Origin: a virus
Lineage: Duplodnaviria; Caudoviricetes
Strand: one strand, 5' to 3'
DNA: 64,000 nt
IMG/VR virus record: IMGVR_UViG_3300028833_000068
Location: 107,412-171,411 of that record
The notes below the pieces were generated by a model, which saw nothing but the letters and a program-made list of their open reading frames with translations, was not told the origin of the DNA and searched no databases. The translations under genes and the position numbers were made by a program. Within the stretch, counting starts at the first letter, position 1; the number at the start of each line of letters is the position of its first letter. This document shows, in pieces, positions 59,351 through 64,000 of this stretch.

Positions 59351-60040
59351 TTATTTCAAAATGTCAATTGGAAAATATTTTCCAAATTTTTCATTAATTA
59401 TTTCTCTATTTGTGTACCAACTGTCCTTCAACTTGCCAACTGAATTATGTGCAAGACGTATATTGGTTGTAACTCCAATCTTACACTTCTTTGCAAGCCA
59501 ATTTGCAAGATTGAAATATACATCATACATATCAAACCCAGAAAGTTCTCTGCTAAAATTTTCAGATATTCTTTTCTTGTGTACTGCCATAAAAAGTCCA
59601 TCAATAATTACCACTTCTTGTAAATCCTTATCCAAAAGTGGAGAGAATGCTGTAAGCCATGATTTACCTTCTGCTCTATGCAATACTTGTCCAAATTTTT
59701 TCTCATAATTCCACCAAGCGCCATTCTCATCGAATTGTGCAGAACCAGCAACGCCAATTATGCCATAATCTTCGTGGGTATTGAATAATCTAAGAACTTC
59801 TGCCCCCCAACCTTTTCTAAGGAATTCTATGTCATCGTGTATAAACACAATAACATCGCTATCAACTTCTTGACTATCTATCATATCAGCATAAATCTTT
59901 GAAATTGACACTCCATTTGGATTATGAATCAAGTATACGTGAGTATCACATCCACAAGTCTCTTTAATATGCTCTATAAAATCTTTGTTTTCTTCTGTTG
60001 TTTTCTTAGAAGAGATTACAACCGCAATATTTTTATCCAT
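59351..60040 (-). CDS. Glycosyltransferase family 2-like
   Basis: FIHDD, G.IGVAG, V..IDGLFMA, FD.YD, H.S.G. Confidence 0.8.
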   Translation of the reverse strand: MDKNIAVVISSKKTTEENKDFIEHIKETCGCDTHVYLIHNPNGVSISKIYADMIDSQEVDSDVIVFIHDDIEFLRKGWGAEVLRLFNTHEDYGIIGVAGSAQFDENGAWWNYEKKFGQVLHRAEGKSWLTAFSPLLDKDLQEVVIIDGLFMAVHKKRISENFSRELSGFDMYDVYFNLANWLAKKCKIGVTTNIRLAHNSVGKLKDSWYTNREIINEKFGKYFPIDILK

Positions 60041-60066
60041 AATAATACTTTTCTTTAAAAAATAAT

Positions 60067-60101
60067 AAATGCTAGTAAGAAAACAACACTTACTAGCATT
60101 T
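60067..60101. terminator. Terminator hairpin
   Basis: aaatgctagtaag...cttactagcattt. Confidence 0.7.
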
Positions 60102-60104
60102 TTA

Positions 60105-61097
60105 TCACTTATTTACTGCATTTATTGCATAATCTCTTTTTGGTTTTACGAACCAAATCATTTCTTTTAGCCAATCATTTTTTTCAGCAATTTTAAAATG
60201 TGTATTTGCATACTTTCTGAAATGTGATTTATATTTATATTCTTTAGATTTTTTAAAAACATCTTCTTTAGTGATGTTTTTGCTTTTTAAATATAACGGA
60301 ATTAACCATGTCATTTCATCTAACCATTTATTTTTTAATGCAACATTATAAGCACTAGATTTTTTTTTCTTAAATTCAATGCGTGAAGAATATTTTTTAC
60401 TTTCTTCAAATACTTTATTTTTAGTCCACTTTTTAACATTCCCACCAATTGAGCCAACTCCAAGTCCTGTTTTTTTTATGTTTAACATTGTATATCCCAT
60501 TTCGATATATTTATTTTTCCATTCATCTTCCTTAATTTGAGCATCTTTTTTTGATAAATTATCTTCTAAATAAATTGGTTCTGGAATTTCTTTATTAATT
60601 TTATTGAAATATTTATACACACTACTACTTGATTTGTGCTTGTGTGCCCAATGTCTTTCTTTTTTATTAACAGTTAAACCTACATATGCTACCATATTCT
60701 CTTCATCGACATATGAATAAACACTATTGTTTTTGTTCCATTTATCTTTAGGACACATCCAAGGCATATCTTTAAATAAATCGTTTTTTAAGCATAATTT
60801 ATATGCACTATAATCGCCTTTCTTAAAGGAACGTCTGTTTGGATATTTTTTAGAGATTTTAATAGCTTCATCTTTACTCCATTTTGTACGTTCTTTACTA
60901 AGTTTTTCATATGAGCACTTTTGACATCCCTTACCTTTTAATAATTGAGTTGGAATTCTTTTAAACAAGCCATGTTTTGGGCACATTAAAATAACAGGAG
61001 TTTCATTGTTAAGATATTTAGTCTCGTTACAAATATATTCTTTACCAAAAATATTAACTATTAATTTTTCAAATTCTTCTTGAGTTCGCTTTTTCAT
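60105..61097 (-). mobile_element. Free-standing GIY-YIG endonuclease with Zn-ribbon and helical repeats
   Basis: VYSY...AYVGLT....R...H...E...N; CPKHG...GC.KC; W..E....SKKY..R..F repeats. Confidence 0.8.
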
Positions 61098-61151
61098 ACT
61101 TATAATGTTTTATTATCATATTATATAAGTATCAGCAACAAGCAAAAAGTG

Positions 61152-62270
61152 TTACTTATTAATTGATTTTTGTGCTTCTTGTGAAATTATAATGCCATCA
61201 ACATTATCTGGATTAAATTCTTTTATATTGTGACAATTAGTATAACTCATTGCTGAACGAAGATAATCGGTAAAATTCCTTGTCCATCCTTCCATTGTAT
61301 ATTCTACCTCAAGCGATTTCTTGACACCTTCACTAGTTTTTGTCTTCGCTCCATTCATAGCAATTTGTCCTTCCCTAGAAGCCATACCATAAAAAGTGGC
61401 ATAAACTGGCCCAATGTGGTATTTTTTTCCTTTATATGTTCCTTCCCATCCAACATAGTTTCCATTATAATGTAAATCTCTGAAAGAATTAATATCAATA
61501 CCAAGCATTGTACCATATACTTTTTGTGACGCTGATTCAAACATTTTAGCAAATACGCTTCCTATCATAACATAGTCCGCACCTAATATTCCAACAGCCT
61601 TAATAATATCAGAATAATTTCTTATGCCACCATCTGCAATAATATAAGGAAGATTCTTATAATCGTCAACTATTTCTTTTTTTATTCGATATATTTCTGT
61701 TAACAAAGAAGCGATTGGATAATGTATACCCAAATTTGAAGACGTTATGCAGCCACAACCCCCACCAATTCCACACCTAACGCCCCAAAATCCGTGCCTT
61801 GCATATTCCTCATATGTCTTTGGGTTGGCAATGTTTCCGCCCATTAAAAGTAAATCATCTCCGTATATTTTTTTAGCCTTGTCTGCAAGGTTGAATATAA
61901 TTCTCATATGACCGTTTGCAACGTCTATCAGAGCCTTTAATTTATGTTCGGTGGGCAATTTATTACCTTCATCACAGAAAACGTCTGAGAACTCCTTTAA
62001 AGAGTATGCAGCCCACTTTCCATTTGTTGAATACTTGATTCTATCTTCCAATGATTCTGTTCTAGGTAATATTGCATGGATTTTATTTGCCTCATATAAA
62101 TCGAAGGTATTCTTATCAACAACTGTATTCATTGGTGCTGTAAATAATGGTAATTTTCCTTCATCATCCCAAGGGATACATTCTGAACGATGTTTAATGT
62201 CACTTACGACAGTCGGCACAATCGTGACATCATTATATGTGTAATATATTCTCTTATCTATTAGTCCCAT
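61152..62270 (-). CDS. IMP dehydrogenase / GMP reductase family protein (no CBS domains)
   Basis: Y.DV.I.P, TAPM.TV, IDVANGH, GNIA, GIGGG.GC.T, IADGGI, VMIGS, YGMAS, SEG, LRSAMSY. Confidence 0.9.
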   Translation of the reverse strand: MGLIDKRIYYTYNDVTIVPTVVSDIKHRSECIPWDDEGKLPLFTAPMNTVVDKNTFDLYEANKIHAILPRTESLEDRIKYSTNGKWAAYSLKEFSDVFCDEGNKLPTEHKLKALIDVANGHMRIIFNLADKAKKIYGDDLLLMGGNIANPKTYEEYARHGFWGVRCGIGGGCGCITSSNLGIHYPIASLLTEIYRIKKEIVDDYKNLPYIIADGGIRNYSDIIKAVGILGADYVMIGSVFAKMFESASQKVYGTMLGIDINSFRDLHYNGNYVGWEGTYKGKKYHIGPVYATFYGMASREGQIAMNGAKTKTSEGVKKSLEVEYTMEGWTRNFTDYLRSAMSYTNCHNIKEFNPDNVDGIIISQEAQKSINK

Positions 62271-62829
62271 TATATAACCTCCTATTTCTTTTAATAAAGT
62301 ATTCTAATTTCTTATCCTTATAATATTCAATATTTTTAAACGATATGAAACTATGATGTAAACTTTCATTGTCAGTTCTAGTTCCAGATACAGTAGCAGA
62401 ACCAATATCGATACTACCAATCCTTACTTCTCGTTTCTCACCCCAATCATTAAACTCAATTATATCTCCTACTTTAAGAGAATCTTCTCTAAGGAATATA
62501 TTATGTTTAACGAAATAATCCCATTTTCTAATTATAGGATAGAACTTTCTATCTAGTTCTTCAGCCTTTGGGTAATATTCTTCAAAATTAGCTGTATTTC
62601 TTCTTATGTGGATTTTATAGTTTTGTAAAATGGCATATAATAGATTCGAAAATCCTTGATTCTTTATTATATCAGAAATATATTCCTCAAACGATATATA
62701 TTTTGTTATAACACCCTCCCACTGTTTATATTCACTACGACAAGGGTGTGTTTCATGATATATTTTAAAAAGTAAATGAACTATTTTCTGCTCTTTGCAA
62801 AACCACATTAATACTTGTACTTCATTCAT
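62254..62829 (-). CDS. Hypothetical protein
   Basis: 191-aa ORF. Confidence 0.6.
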   Translation of the reverse strand: MNEVQVLMWFCKEQKIVHLLFKIYHETHPCRSEYKQWEGVITKYISFEEYISDIIKNQGFSNLLYAILQNYKIHIRRNTANFEEYYPKAEELDRKFYPIIRKWDYFVKHNIFLREDSLKVGDIIEFNDWGEKREVRIGSIDIGSATVSGTRTDNESLHHSFISFKNIEYYKDKKLEYFIKRNRRLYNGTNR

Positions 62830-63389
62830 TTTTTCTTGTTTATTTGAATATAAGTTAATTCATTGGCTTGCCTTACCAATGTTGCCATAACACTTGCATG
62901 CCATCTCGCTTGGTCATCTGACAAGTCCCTATCATTAATCGTCATAACCTCGATTTCCTCAGTTGTAAGAGGTATGCCACATTCAAAACACATTGACACG
63001 GAATGAAGACCAGTTCTGATTGAAGGCAAATCCTCTTTATACTTGAAAATCAATCCCCTTTTCTCAATCTCCCATTGGTTATCATTTGCAACCATTCTAA
63101 CAGCTTTTGCTATCTGATGCAATAAACATATCTTAACCAATGTAGACTTATCAACCCTTTGCTCCTCTGGTAACAACTCATTCAGTCTCACAGCATATGG
63201 TGTTAATACCTTCAACACAACCTCAATTAAAGAACCCTCATAAGCATTACCAAATTCGTTTGAATTGGTGAATGTTCCATCCTTAAGTAATGAACCATAC
63301 TTATCAATTAATGAAGATGTATCAATATCAAGTTGATTCAATTTCTTGATAAAAATCTCTAAATTTTTTTCTTTTTGCTCGTTTGTCAT
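62826..63389 (-). CDS. HD-domain-like protein with degenerate metal ligands
   Basis: AYEGSL.EV (H lost), LLHQIAK (HD to HQ), L..EE...I...D, RQANE. Confidence 0.55.
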   Translation of the reverse strand: MTNEQKEKNLEIFIKKLNQLDIDTSSLIDKYGSLLKDGTFTNSNEFGNAYEGSLIEVVLKVLTPYAVRLNELLPEEQRVDKSTLVKICLLHQIAKAVRMVANDNQWEIEKRGLIFKYKEDLPSIRTGLHSVSMCFECGIPLTTEEIEVMTINDRDLSDDQARWHASVMATLVRQANELTYIQINKKK

Positions 63390-63398
63390 AATAATTCC

Positions 63399-63683
63399 CT
63401 ATATTTTATAATGTTTACAAAATTCACTTAATTTAATATCATAATTAGTTCCATCGAAATATGTACCTCTGCATTGGTCATACGCCAAATGTTCCTTTGG
63501 AATATAACAATCACCATTCTCGTTCTTGTAAAACTCAATTAACATTTTTGTTGTGTTGTTTGGATTAGTATAAAATCTGAAATAATACTCAAGGACGATG
63601 AATCTATGCCAAAGGTGTTCTTTTTTCAACCTTAAAGCAAACTTTCTAAAATGTTCTCCCTTGTATTCTCTCCACTTCCACAT
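63399..63683 (-). CDS. Hypothetical early protein
   Basis: 94-aa ORF downstream of TATCTTTG. Confidence 0.6.
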   Translation of the reverse strand: MWKWREYKGEHFRKFALRLKKEHLWHRFIVLEYYFRFYTNPNNTTKMLIEFYKNENGDCYIPKEHLAYDQCRGTYFDGTNYDIKLSEFCKHYKI

Positions 63684-63709
63684 AATATAAAAATTGTTAA
63701 GTTTCAGTG

Positions 63710-63717
63710 CAAAGATA
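63710..63717 (-). promoter_or_regulatory. Bacteroidota-type -7 element TATCTTTG
   Basis: TAnnTTTG-CA with TTTG upstream on the minus strand. Confidence 0.65.
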
Positions 63718-63746
63718 TATAAAAAAAATTAAAAAAACAAAAAAAA

Positions 63747-63770
63747 TGGGAAAGTTTTTTAACTTCCCCA
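63747..63770 (-). terminator. Terminator hairpin
   Basis: tgggaaagtt...aacttcccca with A-run on the left (U-tail on minus). Confidence 0.55.
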
Positions 63771-63777
63771 ATATTCT

Positions 63778-63921
63778 TCAAACATATTCTACGGTTTCAA
63801 AATATGTGTTGCGTCTAGCAGCTATTTGTTCTTCAATGTCTTGTGGAAGTATGAACCGCACTTCCCATCCACCAGTACGAATAGGTTCATACACTTTTTT
63901 TATAATCCGTTCTAGTTTCAT
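63778..63921 (-). CDS. Small hypothetical protein (47 aa)
   Basis: MKLERIIKKVYEPIRTGGWEVRF...EYV*, followed by a terminator. Confidence 0.4.
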   Translation of the reverse strand: MKLERIIKKVYEPIRTGGWEVRFILPQDIEEQIAARRNTYFETVEYV

Positions 63922-64000
63922 AAACCTTTATGTATTTAATCAAATCATCAACATTATTGAAATATATGTACCTTTTCTAGAAATTCCTTTTGGGTAAATT

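Noticed and set aside
61152-62270. Intein or fracture in the IMPDH/GMPR gene
   Set aside because: All motifs are contiguous; the neighbouring GIY-YIG gene is outside the ORF
63707-63997. Plus-strand 96-aa ORF at the window end
   Set aside because: Spans a minus-strand promoter, a terminator and a small minus-strand ORF; low-complexity start
1-64000. Alternative genetic code (TAG or TGA recoding, as in Lak and some crAss-like phages)
   Set aside because: Long conserved genes are intact in the standard code, coding density is high, and TAG/TGA end genes at natural boundaries
1-64000. tRNA, rRNA, integrase or reverse transcriptase genes
   Set aside because: None recognised by eye; intergenic gaps are short and AT-rich (tRNAscan/Infernal not run)

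Overview
AT-rich, densely coded 64-kb segment of a large (jumbo-type) tailed phage genome read in the standard code. The host is most likely a member of Bacteroidota: repeated TAnnTTTG(-7)/TTTG(-33) promoters, no obvious Shine-Dalgarno sequences, and BACON-like/LRR and FISUMP-type proteins. It encodes replication genes (primase, SNF2 helicase and a family-B DNA polymerase fractured by a naturally split Ser1/Thr+1 intein around a now-broken free-standing endonuclease), tail, baseplate and neck proteins, an amidase endolysin, a gp55-like sigma factor, five glycosyltransferase genes plus an acyltransferase, an IMPDH/GMP reductase-family enzyme, PhoH, and homing endonucleases at several stages of decay. 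The most notable unexplained pattern is a shared 15-25 aa peptide tag ([I/V]-x-[L/I]-[T/N]-E-S-x-L-x-x-I-I-K-E-x-x-x-x-I-L-x-E). It is fused to a dozen or more unrelated domains (ADP-ribosyltransferase-like, kinase-like, PRTase, ArdC/metallopeptidase, SprT, WYL, ferritin-like), most of them behind a common (G/A)ATATTTAT promoter-like motif. I infer a capsid-targeting/protease-cleavage system that loads an effector arsenal into the virion. All family assignments come from motif recognition by eye; no database searches were run.
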